Shown: positions 28,454 through 38,873 of the stretch, one piece after another
Layout: the number at the start of each line of letters is the position of its first letter
Numbering within the stretch: position 1 is the stretch's first letter
DNA from: Candidatus Latescibacterota bacterium
Lineage (GTDB): Bacteria; Latescibacterota; UBA2968; GCA-2709665
Direction: 5' to 3'
Length of the DNA stretch: 64,000 bases
Assembly: GCA_965219995.1 (NCBI GenBank)
Contig: CBDCOX010000002.1
Location: 576,001 to 640,000 of the forward strand
Notes under the pieces: generated by a model
Seen by the model: only the letters and a program-made list of their open reading frames with translations
What the model was told of the DNA's origin: nothing
The model's database searches: none
Translations under genes and position numbers: made by a program

Positions 28454-29299
28454 ATGGGCGAAACGTTAACGCTACCGGCGCACTACTACCGGCAGCACGA
28501 CGCGGACCTGGGCGCGGACATTCCCGGGAGGGGATACGCGGGATGGACCACACGGATGCTGGATGTGCCGCTCGAAAGGACGGCGCTGGTCAGCATGCAT
28601 GCCTGGAATCCCGGTCTGGTCGACGAGATCCCGCCCGGCCCCGGGTCGCCGTACGACGGCTGGTTCCGCATGGTGGAATATCTGCCGAGGGCGATGAAAA
28701 TATCGCAGGACGTGTTTCCGCCGCTGCTGCGGGCGGCGAGAGGAGCCGGATTGCCTGTTATTCACGTTGCATCGAGTGAGAGCTATACTGCGTCTTACGA
28801 CGAATACCAGCGCATCAAGGCGATGGCGGGAGACGCCCCGAACGCGGCCCCGGGCGCCATTGACGATGCATTGAAGAAGCAATGGCAGGCGGAACGGGGC
28901 CGGCAGATGACCGGCGCCCACAACCAGCCGGATATCGCGGCCGGATTCAAGCATATCGACTTTGCGCCGCAGGCGGTTCCGGAAGCCGGAGAGCCCGTGG
29001 TGATCAATTCCCATCAGCTCAACGCGGTATGCCGGGAACGGGAAATCTGGCACCTGATCTATATCGGGTTCGCCATCAACTGGTGCCTTCTCGCCAGTCC
29101 GGGCGGGATGATCGACATGGGGCGGATGGGGTACGTTTGCTCGACGATCCGGCAGGCGACGACGGCGGTGGAGAACGGGGAGAGTTGCTCGGAGGAGTGG
29201 GCCAAGGAGATCGCGCTGTGGCGGGTGGCGCTGATGTTCGGCTACGTGTTCGACGTGGACCCGGTACTCGATGCCCTGGGTCAGCTTTCGGATGATTGA
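28454..29299 (+). CDS. Isochorismatase-like cysteine hydrolase
   Basis: RTALVSMHAWN, AARGAGLPVIHV, LIYIGFAINWCL (nucleophile Cys); AAAGGAGG RBS. Confidence 0.65.
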   Translation: MGETLTLPAHYYRQHDADLGADIPGRGYAGWTTRMLDVPLERTALVSMHAWNPGLVDEIPPGPGSPYDGWFRMVEYLPRAMKISQDVFPPLLRAARGAGLPVIHVASSESYTASYDEYQRIKAMAGDAPNAAPGAIDDALKKQWQAERGRQMTGAHNQPDIAAGFKHIDFAPQAVPEAGEPVVINSHQLNAVCREREIWHLIYIGFAINWCLLASPGGMIDMGRMGYVCSTIRQATTAVENGESCSEEWAKEIALWRVALMFGYVFDVDPVLDALGQLSDD

Positions 29300-29334
29300 C
29301 GGGGCATGGAAATCGCGACCGGGCATGAGACCGC

Positions 29335-29997
29335 CTACAGCGCCGCGACCAGGGCGAACCCTCCGACCACGAGCAGCGAGACGGCCCAGATCAGGTCGAA
29401 GTTGATCCATTTCCGGCGCAGCACCGCGAGTCCCAGTTTGCGGTACACGATCCACGCGACGGCGCCCATAACGAGCCACATGGCGAGCGTATGGATGCCG
29501 ACGGCGAGGAAGACGTTCGCCATGGATTCCGTATTGGAAATCCCGTGGCCGTGGTGGGGGCTCGCCACGCCCAGAAGGGCGGGAATCACCATCAGCCCGG
29601 CGCCGTGCGCGGTGGCCATCAGGAACGACCAGGCGAACAGGTCGCCCGCGCCTACTTTCATGCCCACCCACCTCGGGTGTCTGTAGTAGTTGAACAGCTT
29701 GTAGAACCCGAAGGCGATCAGGACGAGGGCCGTCGTCCACTGCAGTGCGGACTGGGAGATCAGATGGAGGCCTGCCAGCACGAGGGTGGCCGCGAGGGCG
29801 ATCGAGGCGGCGTGGCCGGCGGCGATGGGGAACAGCGACGTCCAGACGGCGCGTCCGCTGTTCTGCTGCAGACCCAGGGACAGCGCGAACAGCCAGCCCA
29901 TCCCCGGATTCAGTCCGTGAAAGGCGCCGAAGCCGATCATCGCCAGCCACGGGCCCAGCCCGTCAGGAAGGGTAGCAGAAAGAGTCGGTAGAGGCAT
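29335..29997 (-). CDS. His-containing membrane protein accompanying SBP56
   Basis: About 6 TM helices with GAFHGLNPGMGW, AGH, TAHGAG, HHGH and IHT motifs; overlaps the 3' end of the SBP56 gene. Confidence 0.75.
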   Translation of the reverse strand: MPLPTLSATLPDGLGPWLAMIGFGAFHGLNPGMGWLFALSLGLQQNSGRAVWTSLFPIAAGHAASIALAATLVLAGLHLISQSALQWTTALVLIAFGFYKLFNYYRHPRWVGMKVGAGDLFAWSFLMATAHGAGLMVIPALLGVASPHHGHGISNTESMANVFLAVGIHTLAMWLVMGAVAWIVYRKLGLAVLRRKWINFDLIWAVSLLVVGGFALVAAL

Positions 29998-31366
29998 CTC
30001 CTCCTTCCAGGCGGACCTGGTGGACGCGTGTTTCGCCGAACTCGACGAAGAACCCGGGGTCCAGTTCCAGGCCTCCGTCCGGGTCGGCGTTCGCTTTGGT
30101 CATCCAGCCGTCCATTCCGTCCGGATAGAACTGGTCGTCCCAGGCGCTGTAGAGGGAATTGGTAAAGTAAATCCTGCGTCCGTCGCGGCTGACCTCCACC
30201 ATCTGAGGTCCGCCCGTCAATGAGCCGTTACGCTTCGCGTGCGGCTCTTTGTTTACGATGCCTCCGATTTCAACCTTGCCGGTCAGAACCGGCCGGAACG
30301 GATCGGAAACGTCGTACTGATGCAGTTCGCCCAGGCCCCAGCACGAGACGTACAGAAATCGGTCGTCCAGCGAGAGATCGATATCGGTGACCAGCGGCGG
30401 CACGGCCTCGAACCCCTTCAGCAGGGGCGGCAGGTCCGCCGCGTCGGCCGGCGCCGCCGGAATCGTGATGACCTTTTGCATCCGCCAATCGCCGTCTTCG
30501 CGGAACCAGGTCCAGATGGACGCGGACAGGTCCGCCGTACTGATCACCGCCCCGGCGAATCCGTGGGTCTTCCGCGGATCGTGCGCCGGCCGGAGCTCCA
30601 GGAGCATCTGGTTCTCGGGTCCGATGTCGACGGACGCGTCGAGCCGGCGCTTTCTGAGGTCCCAGAAATGAAGCCGGTGGCCGTATTTGTTCGCGAGCAG
30701 GTCCTCGGGCACGACCCCGTTCTCGAACTGCTCCGGGGTGCCCCATTCGCTGCTCATGAGCACGTCCTCAGCCAGGTGCCACCAGAAGTCGTAGGCCAAC
30801 TCCTGGGATCCGCGATGGATTTCCCAGGGACCGATTACGTCGAAACTGAAGTGGTCCAGCAGGAAGATGCCTCCCGGACCGTCCGTGCCGTTCGCCGGAC
30901 CCAGCGCGCTGACGTAGATCGCGTCGGGGCCGCAATGTACGGTGTGGGGCCGGCTGTACCCGGACCTTTTCATGAGGTCTTCGGGCTCGATGATCTTGAC
31001 GATGTGCGGCGCGGCGGGGTCCGGCCTGGTATCCACAATGTAAATGCGCGACGAGCGAAGACCCGGCAGGATCAGGTAGCGCCGTTCCAGGTGGGGATGG
31101 GGCGCGTAGGGACACAGCGCCGAACTGCAGGCGTTCCAGCCGAAGTGGTGGAGTTCGTCCCCCACATTGGGCATTTCAAGGGTGTATATCGTCTGGCCGC
31201 AGGTCGAGGATTGCACGTCGAGATCGACAACGCACAGCGCATCCGGCCGATCGTTTACTCCGGTATTGAGCGCCGTCACGTAACCGTACCGTTCGGGCGG
31301 GGCCTGCATGGCCATTTTGGCCGACGGATAGAAGGACGGGTCCGGTTTCCAGAGAGGCATTGTCAT
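29963..31366 (-). CDS. Selenium-binding protein 56 / methanethiol oxidase family beta-propeller
   Basis: GDELHHFGWNACSS, SSRIY, PHTVHC, YDFWWH, GGPQMVEVSRDGRRIYFTNSLYSAWDDQFYP, GGDASTD. Confidence 0.92.
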   Translation of the reverse strand: MTMPLWKPDPSFYPSAKMAMQAPPERYGYVTALNTGVNDRPDALCVVDLDVQSSTCGQTIYTLEMPNVGDELHHFGWNACSSALCPYAPHPHLERRYLILPGLRSSRIYIVDTRPDPAAPHIVKIIEPEDLMKRSGYSRPHTVHCGPDAIYVSALGPANGTDGPGGIFLLDHFSFDVIGPWEIHRGSQELAYDFWWHLAEDVLMSSEWGTPEQFENGVVPEDLLANKYGHRLHFWDLRKRRLDASVDIGPENQMLLELRPAHDPRKTHGFAGAVISTADLSASIWTWFREDGDWRMQKVITIPAAPADAADLPPLLKGFEAVPPLVTDIDLSLDDRFLYVSCWGLGELHQYDVSDPFRPVLTGKVEIGGIVNKEPHAKRNGSLTGGPQMVEVSRDGRRIYFTNSLYSAWDDQFYPDGMDGWMTKANADPDGGLELDPGFFVEFGETRVHQVRLEGGDASTDSFCYPS

Positions 31367-31414
31367 TCGACCTTTTTCTAAAGGGTTATCGGATGCCGAC
31401 CGGGTACGGCGCTC

Positions 31415-33448
31415 TCAGAGCTTGAGATAACCGACGGTCTGAGATTCGGAGACAACGGCGTCTCCACGAACGACGAGCCGGGAGCCGTGTGCCACGAGAC
31501 AGGCATCGACGGTGTCATCCGCGACTCGGACGTGGGCGAACTCGGCGTCGGTTTCGATGCCATCAAAGGCAAACGCGCTGTCCGGCGCGGCGGTAATGAC
31601 CGTGTCGGTCGCTGCGTCGCCCCGGATGCGGATGGCGCATCCGGACGCGTCTCCGGCCGCGTCGATTTCGGGAGGAGACGAGCCGCTGCGGTACGGGACA
31701 AGCGCGACAACGCAGAACAGCGGGTTCCAGAACCAGTCGTAGCGTAACCGGGGATGGTCGTGAAAGACATCCTCCTTCCAGCGGCCCGGCCACGGAGTCG
31801 CGATCCGGACGTCGCACAGGTTTCCGTGTCTTCCGCCCATGATCGTGAAGTGGTCCCGGCCCAGTTCGACGCGGTTTTCCGCGGCCGTGTGCAGCAGCCA
31901 CGACAGGATCGGCCGGTCCGGCATCTCGAAATCCAGACGGTCGACAACGATCACCGCCGCGGGCGCGCCGCCCACATCCGGCAGGCATAGCGCCCGTCGG
32001 ACGAACCGCTGAGCGCAGCCGTAGCTGTCGCCCGCTTCGCCCTCGACATAGGGAAACGGGCCGTGGAGATCCGCACGGACGATGCCGTCGTTTCGTGCGG
32101 GGCCGCGGCGCTGCATTTCGCCCATCACCAGGGGCAGATTGTGGGCTTCGCCAAGGGCGCCCAGGCGAAGAACTTCGGTTGTGTCCGGGAGCCTCTCGAG
32201 CGCGTAACCGGAATCGCAGGCAAAGGTCTCTCCGAGGGCGTGCAGCGAAAACTGGTTGCGGTCGGCCTGCCGGTGCCCGCCCGCCGGGAACACGTCACAC
32301 AGAAACGAAAGAAAGAAATCGTCGGATTTCCATCCCGACCGGACGTCCACAAGCCCCCGGTTTCGGAAGTGTTTCGCGGCCGGCAGATTCAGGCCGTCGG
32401 GGGGAACGGCCGCCACGGACGGGTCGATATACAGGAGGTACCGGTTGACCGTATCGCTCCAGAAGTTGTCCGGCGGCCTCCAGGTTCCGCCGTCGTCCGG
32501 CGGTTTGTCGATACTCTTCCAGAGCCACTGGGCGAGCCCGTTGTTCTGCTGTGCGGCCACGAGGGACAGCCACTCGACGTGGAACTGGTCGCCGCAGTCG
32601 TTGAGCGGATTGGGCCTTCCCGTGGCCGGTATGAGTTCGTACGCCAGACCCTCCGCGATCCTCGCCCATCCGCCGTGGTCCACGAGGTCCCTGTCTCCGC
32701 AGACGGCCAACGCCAGCGCGAACGGTGCGAGAAACTGCAACGTGGCACTGCCGTACGCGGGGCCTTCGTAGAAAGCGCCCTGGCCGTCGTGTCCCTTTTC
32801 GAGAAAGAGCAAGCACCGCTTCTTGCCGGCCTCGAGCGCCCGGTTGAAACGGGATTCGTCCAGTACGCCGTAATTCCGCAATACCATTCCGAGCAGGCCC
32901 AGACCGATGAGTCCGATCGCGGCCATGTTCCAGTCGGGCCGCGTCTCCTCCGGGTCCGGCGGTGTCTCGAGCAGGTAGTCGATAAACGGCAGGCAATAGG
33001 CCCCGATTTCCCGGCGTTCCGCGTCGGTCAGCTCGCTGTGGAGAAGGTCCATGCCGATGGCGAGCATCGTGGAGCTGGCGCCGGCATCCAGACAATTGTC
33101 CCGCCATGTCCGGTACGGCCGCCCGTAGTTGGTGCCGCCGCAGTTTTCGACGATGCGGTGTTTCACGATGGTCCGAAGGATGTCGCAGGCGGTCGCCGCG
33201 TATTTCCTGTCCAGTACGACGCCGCCGACAGCCAGATTTTCAATCGATTTGGGAAGCAGGCGGCCGCCGGGCCGGGTCAACCAGAAGTCCGAACGGCGTT
33301 CCTTATAGTCGATAAATCCCGGCGAATCCGGTTTCACGCAGTCTTCGCAGGTCTGTCGGAGGTTTCGTTTCAACGAGCGGACGACGGGGCTCGCGTCAAC
33401 GCGGCGGTTCTCCAGGATGGGCCGAAAAAGTGATTCCGGTAACTTCAT
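31415..33448 (-). CDS. Heparinase II/III-like protein (alpha/alpha-toroid plus beta-sandwich lyase-like)
   Basis: FYEGPAYG, RSGWKSDD, GHRQADRNQF, DSGY, AHN motifs. Confidence 0.75.
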   Translation of the reverse strand: MKLPESLFRPILENRRVDASPVVRSLKRNLRQTCEDCVKPDSPGFIDYKERRSDFWLTRPGGRLLPKSIENLAVGGVVLDRKYAATACDILRTIVKHRIVENCGGTNYGRPYRTWRDNCLDAGASSTMLAIGMDLLHSELTDAERREIGAYCLPFIDYLLETPPDPEETRPDWNMAAIGLIGLGLLGMVLRNYGVLDESRFNRALEAGKKRCLLFLEKGHDGQGAFYEGPAYGSATLQFLAPFALALAVCGDRDLVDHGGWARIAEGLAYELIPATGRPNPLNDCGDQFHVEWLSLVAAQQNNGLAQWLWKSIDKPPDDGGTWRPPDNFWSDTVNRYLLYIDPSVAAVPPDGLNLPAAKHFRNRGLVDVRSGWKSDDFFLSFLCDVFPAGGHRQADRNQFSLHALGETFACDSGYALERLPDTTEVLRLGALGEAHNLPLVMGEMQRRGPARNDGIVRADLHGPFPYVEGEAGDSYGCAQRFVRRALCLPDVGGAPAAVIVVDRLDFEMPDRPILSWLLHTAAENRVELGRDHFTIMGGRHGNLCDVRIATPWPGRWKEDVFHDHPRLRYDWFWNPLFCVVALVPYRSGSSPPEIDAAGDASGCAIRIRGDAATDTVITAAPDSAFAFDGIETDAEFAHVRVADDTVDACLVAHGSRLVVRGDAVVSESQTVGYLKL

Positions 33449-33494
33449 AGCTGTTTCTCTCAGCGTTCGGAACGCCGTTATTCAGGCGCCGGGA

Positions 33495-34259
33495 TCAGGT
33501 CCCTTCCAGTTCGGGCGGCATGAAGATTTCCCTTCGCCTGCCGTCGCTGTACCCTTCCACGTCGCTGAGGACCACGCCCGGGCTCGCGAGCGCCGCCCTG
33601 ACGATCTGGCGGTTGAAGGTATGTACGTAGTCTGACGACAGGTATTCTTCAACGGGCATCCAGAGACATTCTTCGATTTCTTCGGGTTGAAGGACAATGT
33701 CGTACGTGAGCGGCTTGAGGCGGCAGACGAAATAGATGTCGGACTTGTCGTGGCGGTAGCCGTGCCAGTGGCGGAAACAGACCATGGCTTCGAATGTCGT
33801 CCGGACACCGGTCTCTTCCAGGATTTCACGGACGACGGCCTCGGCCAGGTGTTCGCCCGGATGCAGCGCGCCCCCGGGCAGCTTGTAGTAAGGCCTGCTG
33901 CTCCCGCGGTGTTTTTCGCAGACGACGAGGACCTCATCGTCTTCGCTGACCACCACCCCGCCCGCGCCTATATAGTGGGTGGCGAAACCGGGGATGAACG
34001 CGTCCTCGACCAGCGGGCGGGTCAACATGAGATAGGTCTCGCCGCTGTGGTGAAACGAGAATCCCGCCTGCACCGCGACGGGAATGAACTCCGATCTGCT
34101 TATGGGAACCTCCAGCCACACAAGCTGGTGACCTCTCTTCTTCCAGATTTCCAGGGACATTGAGAGGCGATGACTGAACGTCTTCCCGGCTGAGGGAAGG
34201 CTTTCAGGGTTGATGACAATGCCGTTGAAGGCATTGGTGGTATGTTCGAGGAGTTCCAT
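33495..34259 (-). CDS. Nudix hydrolase (NUDT6/plant NUDX-like, with N-terminal extension domain)
   Basis: Nudix box GGALHPGEHLAEAVVREILEETGV; LVWLEVPI...AGFSFHH and KSDIYFVC. Confidence 0.88.
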   Translation of the reverse strand: MELLEHTTNAFNGIVINPESLPSAGKTFSHRLSMSLEIWKKRGHQLVWLEVPISRSEFIPVAVQAGFSFHHSGETYLMLTRPLVEDAFIPGFATHYIGAGGVVVSEDDEVLVVCEKHRGSSRPYYKLPGGALHPGEHLAEAVVREILEETGVRTTFEAMVCFRHWHGYRHDKSDIYFVCRLKPLTYDIVLQPEEIEECLWMPVEEYLSSDYVHTFNRQIVRAALASPGVVLSDVEGYSDGRRREIFMPPELEGT

Positions 34260-34474
34260 CGTAGGGATCCCCCGGATCCTTGCTGGCGCGGTTGGCGGCG
34301 ACCTGAATGTAAACAGCCCGTCGCCGGTTTACAAGTGGTTTTGATACGGAGAGGTTTTGGCTTGACAGGGTGTGGACGTCGGTTGATATTGACGGGCCTT
34401 TCGGGTTGCGGAAGCGGGATTGCGTTCGCATTTTCGCGTTTGGGTGTGCCGGATCAGCCTCCAGGAGGTGGTGG

Positions 34475-35674
34475 ATGAGCAGCGTCTATGAACGCCTGGG
34501 AATTCGTACCATCATCAACGCGTCCGGGCCGTCCACCCGGTTGAGCGGGTCGATCCTCCCCGCACAGGTGGCGCAGGCCATGGCGGACGCCTCTCAACAC
34601 TGCGTGGATATCGCGGAACTGCAGGCCTGGGCGGGCCGGGCCATTGCCGACATCACGGGCGCCGAGTCCGGATACGTCACGTCGGGCGCCGCAGCGGGCA
34701 TTATGCTGGGCGTGGCGGCGTGTGTGACCGGGCTGGATCCGGGCAGGATGAACCGGCTGCCGGACACCGAGGGCATGAAGGACGAGGTGATCATTCCGCG
34801 CAGCCACCGGAATTTTTATGACCACGCCATCCGGGCGGTGGGCGTGAAGCTTGTCGAGGTGGGAATTTCCGACCGTTATAGCGGCGCGGGGGTCCGGGAT
34901 ACGGAGGCCTGGGAGATCGCCGACGCGATTACCGACCGGACCGCGGCGGTTGCATATGTGATGAACGCGCGGGCGCGCCCGGACCTGGCGGACGTCGTGA
35001 AAGCAGCCCACGACCGGGGTGTGCCGGTCGTGGTGGACGCCGCCGGACAGCTTCCGCCGCAGTCGAACCTCCAGCGCTTTGTCGATGCCGGGGCGGACGT
35101 GGTCTGTTTCAGCGGGGGAAAGACCATCCGCGGGCCGCAGAGTTCGGGGATTCTATGCGGACGGAAAGACGTCGTATCGGCTGTCGCGTTGCAGCACCTG
35201 GACCAGGACGTGTTTTACGACCTCTGGAATCCGCCTCCCTCGCTGATCGATAAGAGCCGCCTGCCGGGCGCGCCCCAGCACGGGCTCGGGCGACCGTGCA
35301 AGGTGGGCAAGGAGGAGATCGTGGGGCTCATAACGGCGCTCAGGCTGTTCGTCGACGAGGGAGACGAGGCGCGCCACGCCCGATGGTCGGCCGTAATACG
35401 AAGCCTCGCGCATGCACTGGAAACATTGCCGAATGTACGGGTAACCGCGACAATCGATTCCGGCCGGCCGGTGCCCGGCTTGCGGCTTGAGATCGACGAA
35501 GCGGCCGCAGGTATTTCCGGTCTGGAACTTGCACGGCGCCTGATCGAGGGCGAGCCGGGCATTCACTGCAATACGGCTGAAGTGTACGAGGGTGTGTTGG
35601 GGTTCGGTCCCATGTGTCTGCGGGAAGGCGACGTCGAGGCCATCGGCAAGAGACTCGGAGAATTGCTGGCCTGA
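34475..35674 (+). CDS. SelA/DgaE-like PLP-dependent enzyme
   Basis: IINASG..TRLSGS, VTSGAAAG, VVDAA, FSGGKTIRGPQSSG, GRPCKVGKEEI; AGGAGG RBS. Confidence 0.85.
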   Translation: MSSVYERLGIRTIINASGPSTRLSGSILPAQVAQAMADASQHCVDIAELQAWAGRAIADITGAESGYVTSGAAAGIMLGVAACVTGLDPGRMNRLPDTEGMKDEVIIPRSHRNFYDHAIRAVGVKLVEVGISDRYSGAGVRDTEAWEIADAITDRTAAVAYVMNARARPDLADVVKAAHDRGVPVVVDAAGQLPPQSNLQRFVDAGADVVCFSGGKTIRGPQSSGILCGRKDVVSAVALQHLDQDVFYDLWNPPPSLIDKSRLPGAPQHGLGRPCKVGKEEIVGLITALRLFVDEGDEARHARWSAVIRSLAHALETLPNVRVTATIDSGRPVPGLRLEIDEAAAGISGLELARRLIEGEPGIHCNTAEVYEGVLGFGPMCLREGDVEAIGKRLGELLA

Positions 35675-35779
35675 TCGGGCGACGGGCCGGGTGTCGGACG
35701 CGGATTCACGCGCCGGCGCGCGCAATGACGGGCGATCGGGCCGATTGGCGGATTCAGACCAATTTCGGGAGATTCGGCG

Positions 35780-37126
35780 ATGAACGTGGTTTGGGATGCA
35801 TCGGGGCGGGAGGCGGTGGGCTGGCTTCGCAGGCTGCTCAGATTCGACACCACGAACCCGCCGGGAAACGAACTGCCCCTGGTGCGGGACATTGCCGGAG
35901 CGCTGGCCGCTGAGGGGCTCGCGCCGTGTGTCCTGGAATCGGCGCCGGGGCGGGGGAACCTGGTCGTACGTCTGGAGGGCGATGGATCCGAACGCCCGCT
36001 GTTGCTGCTTTCACATATCGACGTGGTTCCCGCGGAGCCTGCGAAATGGACACGGGACCCGTTCGGCGGTACGGTGGATGCGGGCTATGTGTGGGGACGC
36101 GGTGCGATCGATTCCAAGCTGACGACGGCCGTGGGACTGCAGGTCCTCCTGATGTGCCGGCGCCTGGGTCTCGCGCTGAAGCGGGACCTGGTTCTGGTGG
36201 CGGCCGCGGACGAGGAACTCGGGGGGGTGCACGGGGTACGCTGGCTTGCGGCAAACCACCCGGAGGTGTTCGACGCCGAGTACGGCATCAACGAGGGCGG
36301 CGGATTCGCGCTGATGATCGACGGGCGGCCGGTTTATACGTGTCAGGTGGCCGAAAAAGGAAGCGCCGAGGTGAATCTGGTGGCGCGCGGGCAGCCGGGA
36401 CACAGTTCCGTGCCTCACGGCGACAACTCGGTTTTCCATTTGGCCGGGGCCCTCGAGAGAATGCGCGGCGAGAAGATGCCGCACCGGGTAACGGCCGGGG
36501 TCCGGGCGTTCTTCGAAGGCGCCGCAGCCGCGCAGGTCCGGAGCGAGGTCGCGGACCTGCTTCTGGACGTGCTGGATCCTGAGCGCTGCGACAGGGCGTT
36601 GTCAGCCTTGCCGGTTGACGAGCCCACCCGGTTGATGTTCGACGCCATGGTGCGCAATACGTGCGCGCCGACCATTCTCGAGGCCGGCGTGAAACGCAAC
36701 GTGATTCCCTCCGAAGCCGTCGCGCGGTTGAGCGGCAGGCCGCTGCCGGGTGTGGACAAGGCGGAATTTGACCGTGAAGTTCGCGCCCTTGCGGGCGAGG
36801 GCGTCGCGTTCGAGTTGGAAAAAACCTTCAGGCCCGGCACGGAATTCGACCATCGCACACCCCTTCTGAACGCCATCGAGGCGTCGGTCGCCCGGTTCGA
36901 TCCCGATGCAGCCGTGGTCCCCTACATGCAGACGGGCGGAACGGACGCTCGGTTTCTTCGGGACCGCGACATCCACATCTACGGATTCATACCCATGCGG
37001 CACGAAGCCGGCGAGGCCTATTTCGAACTGTGCCACGGCCACGACGAACGGGTCTCCGTCGCGAATGTGCAGTTCGGGGTGCAGGTGCTGTTCGACGTCG
37101 TGTGCAGGTTGAACGGAATCGCATAG
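35780..37126 (+). CDS. M20/M25/M40 family metallopeptidase
   Basis: SHIDVVP, WGRGAIDSK, ADEE, NEGG, GHSS, GGTD, HGHDER. Confidence 0.92.
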   Translation: MNVVWDASGREAVGWLRRLLRFDTTNPPGNELPLVRDIAGALAAEGLAPCVLESAPGRGNLVVRLEGDGSERPLLLLSHIDVVPAEPAKWTRDPFGGTVDAGYVWGRGAIDSKLTTAVGLQVLLMCRRLGLALKRDLVLVAAADEELGGVHGVRWLAANHPEVFDAEYGINEGGGFALMIDGRPVYTCQVAEKGSAEVNLVARGQPGHSSVPHGDNSVFHLAGALERMRGEKMPHRVTAGVRAFFEGAAAAQVRSEVADLLLDVLDPERCDRALSALPVDEPTRLMFDAMVRNTCAPTILEAGVKRNVIPSEAVARLSGRPLPGVDKAEFDREVRALAGEGVAFELEKTFRPGTEFDHRTPLLNAIEASVARFDPDAAVVPYMQTGGTDARFLRDRDIHIYGFIPMRHEAGEAYFELCHGHDERVSVANVQFGVQVLFDVVCRLNGIA

Positions 37127-37150
37127 CGGGCGGTTGTTGTCACGCCCGGT

Positions 37151-38047
37151 CTACCGTGCCAGTACGTGCCGAAGCGCGCCGTGCAGTTCGGGATGCTGGA
37201 ATTCATACCCCGATTCCTGAAGCCTGGCGGGCAACACGCGGGTGCTCGACAGCAGCAGGGCATCCGCCATTTCCCCGAAAGCCAGCCGGGCGGCGAAGGC
37301 CGGCATGGGGAAGAGCGTCGGGCGGGAGAGGGCGCTGCCCAGCGTCCTGGTGAATTCCCTGTTGGTGACCGGCGCGGGCGACACCGCATTCACGGGCCCC
37401 TGGAGCGATTCCGCGTTGAGCGCGTGGTTGACGATTCTTACCAGATCGCTCAGCGTAATCCAGCTCATATACTGATCTCCGCTGCCGATCACGCCTCCTG
37501 CGCCCATTTTGAACGGGAACAGCATTTTGGCCAGCGCGCCGCCGTCGGCGCTGAGCACGATTCCGATGCGCAGGTACACCGTACGTATGCCCGCGTCCGC
37601 CGCGGGCCGCGCGGCCTGCTCCCAGGCGAGGCACGTCTCCGCCAGGAAGTCGTCGCCCGGCGCACTCTCCTCGTTGAGGATCTCTTCGCCGCGGTTTCCG
37701 TAGTAACCGACGGCCGACGCGCAGATCAGCACGCCGGGAGGCGTCTGAAGTTCCGCAAGGCCTTGCGCCAGAAGCCGTGTGCCATCCTCCCGGCTGCTGT
37801 GGATTCTGTCTTTCTTTGCGTCGTTCCACCGGCCCGAGGCGATGTTTTCGCCGGCAAGATGAACGACGGCCTGAACGCCTTCGAGGTGGGCGGCGTCGAG
37901 TTCTCCCCTTTCCGGATCCCACCGACGCTCCGTGTCGCCTTGCGGGCTTCCGCGAACCAGCCTGAAGACGCGGTGGCCGCCGGCGTCGAGGTTGGGAATG
38001 AGTGCTGAGCCGACCAGCCCGGACGAACCCGTTACGAGTACGGTCAT
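37151..38047 (-). CDS. TIGR01777-family NAD-dependent epimerase (YfcH-like)
   Basis: VTGSSGLVG, HLAGENI, ASAVGYYG, LRIGIVL, GSGDQYMSWI, GPVNAVSP. Confidence 0.92.
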   Translation of the reverse strand: MTVLVTGSSGLVGSALIPNLDAGGHRVFRLVRGSPQGDTERRWDPERGELDAAHLEGVQAVVHLAGENIASGRWNDAKKDRIHSSREDGTRLLAQGLAELQTPPGVLICASAVGYYGNRGEEILNEESAPGDDFLAETCLAWEQAARPAADAGIRTVYLRIGIVLSADGGALAKMLFPFKMGAGGVIGSGDQYMSWITLSDLVRIVNHALNAESLQGPVNAVSPAPVTNREFTRTLGSALSRPTLFPMPAFAARLAFGEMADALLLSSTRVLPARLQESGYEFQHPELHGALRHVLAR

Positions 38048-38071
38048 GGGATGCCTCCTTGTCTCTTACAG

Positions 38072-38485
38072 TTACAGTCGGTAAAGCATAACATAGATGA
38101 ACACGCCGCTGATGCACACGAACATCCAGACCGGCCACACCCACCGTGCGAGGCGCCGGTGGGCCCTGAACCGCCCGCGCAGCGCAAGCCATACGACCGC
38201 GAGGACAAGCGGCGCGTTCAGACCCGCCAGGACAACGTGCGGAATCAGAATGGCGAAATAGATGCCGCGGGTCCAGTCGTGGTGCGGATAGGGCACCGAA
38301 CCGACCTGGATGTGATAGACAAGGTACGACGTCAGAAACAGCCCCGAGCAGACCAGGGCGAAGAGCATCATCCGCCGGTGCAGCCGGACGTTGGCGCGCC
38401 TGATCTGCACGTAACCCAGCAGCAGAAAGCATGCGCTGACCGCATTGAATATCGCATTGAGGGTTGGCAGATCCTCTACGGCCAT
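38072..38485 (-). CDS. DUF420 family membrane protein
   Basis: LPTLNAIFN, HRRMM, FLTSYL.YH, HRRLARW.WP.W..V..SG. Confidence 0.85.
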   Translation of the reverse strand: MAVEDLPTLNAIFNAVSACFLLLGYVQIRRANVRLHRRMMLFALVCSGLFLTSYLVYHIQVGSVPYPHHDWTRGIYFAILIPHVVLAGLNAPLVLAVVWLALRGRFRAHRRLARWVWPVWMFVCISGVFIYVMLYRL

Positions 38486-38873
38486 CCAGACCACTTATGC
38501 GGGGATGCGCAACGGAGTTGACGTTCTGTCCCGAATCCAGGCAACCGGTTATCGGGACAGGAGACTAAGTGTACTCATTTTTGCCGTTCCTGGCAACCGG
38601 GCGGACAACTGCGGTCGGAGACGCGGCGGTTGTAGCGCCAACGTGGGTCGACGGATCGGGTTGAATGCCTTCCCCTCGCCGGCGCGAATGCACCGGCGCG
38701 AAAGGAAACGCCGCGGGCGGGCTCCCGGAATCGACGGGGACGCCATGAAACGTCGCGGCCCCCGATTCCGGCGATGAGCAGGCCGTCATAACGGGTTGAC
38801 ACAGGGTCGGATTTCGTTTATTTTCGGTTTACACGAACAGAATTAAGCCTGTTTAAAACAGGAGGATAGCGGA

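Noticed and set aside
29963-35674. Selenium-utilisation island (SBP56 plus SelA-like gene)
   Set aside because: Both names are historical. The SelA-like protein is the short DgaE-type, and no selB, selD, tRNA-Sec or in-frame UGA selenoprotein was seen.
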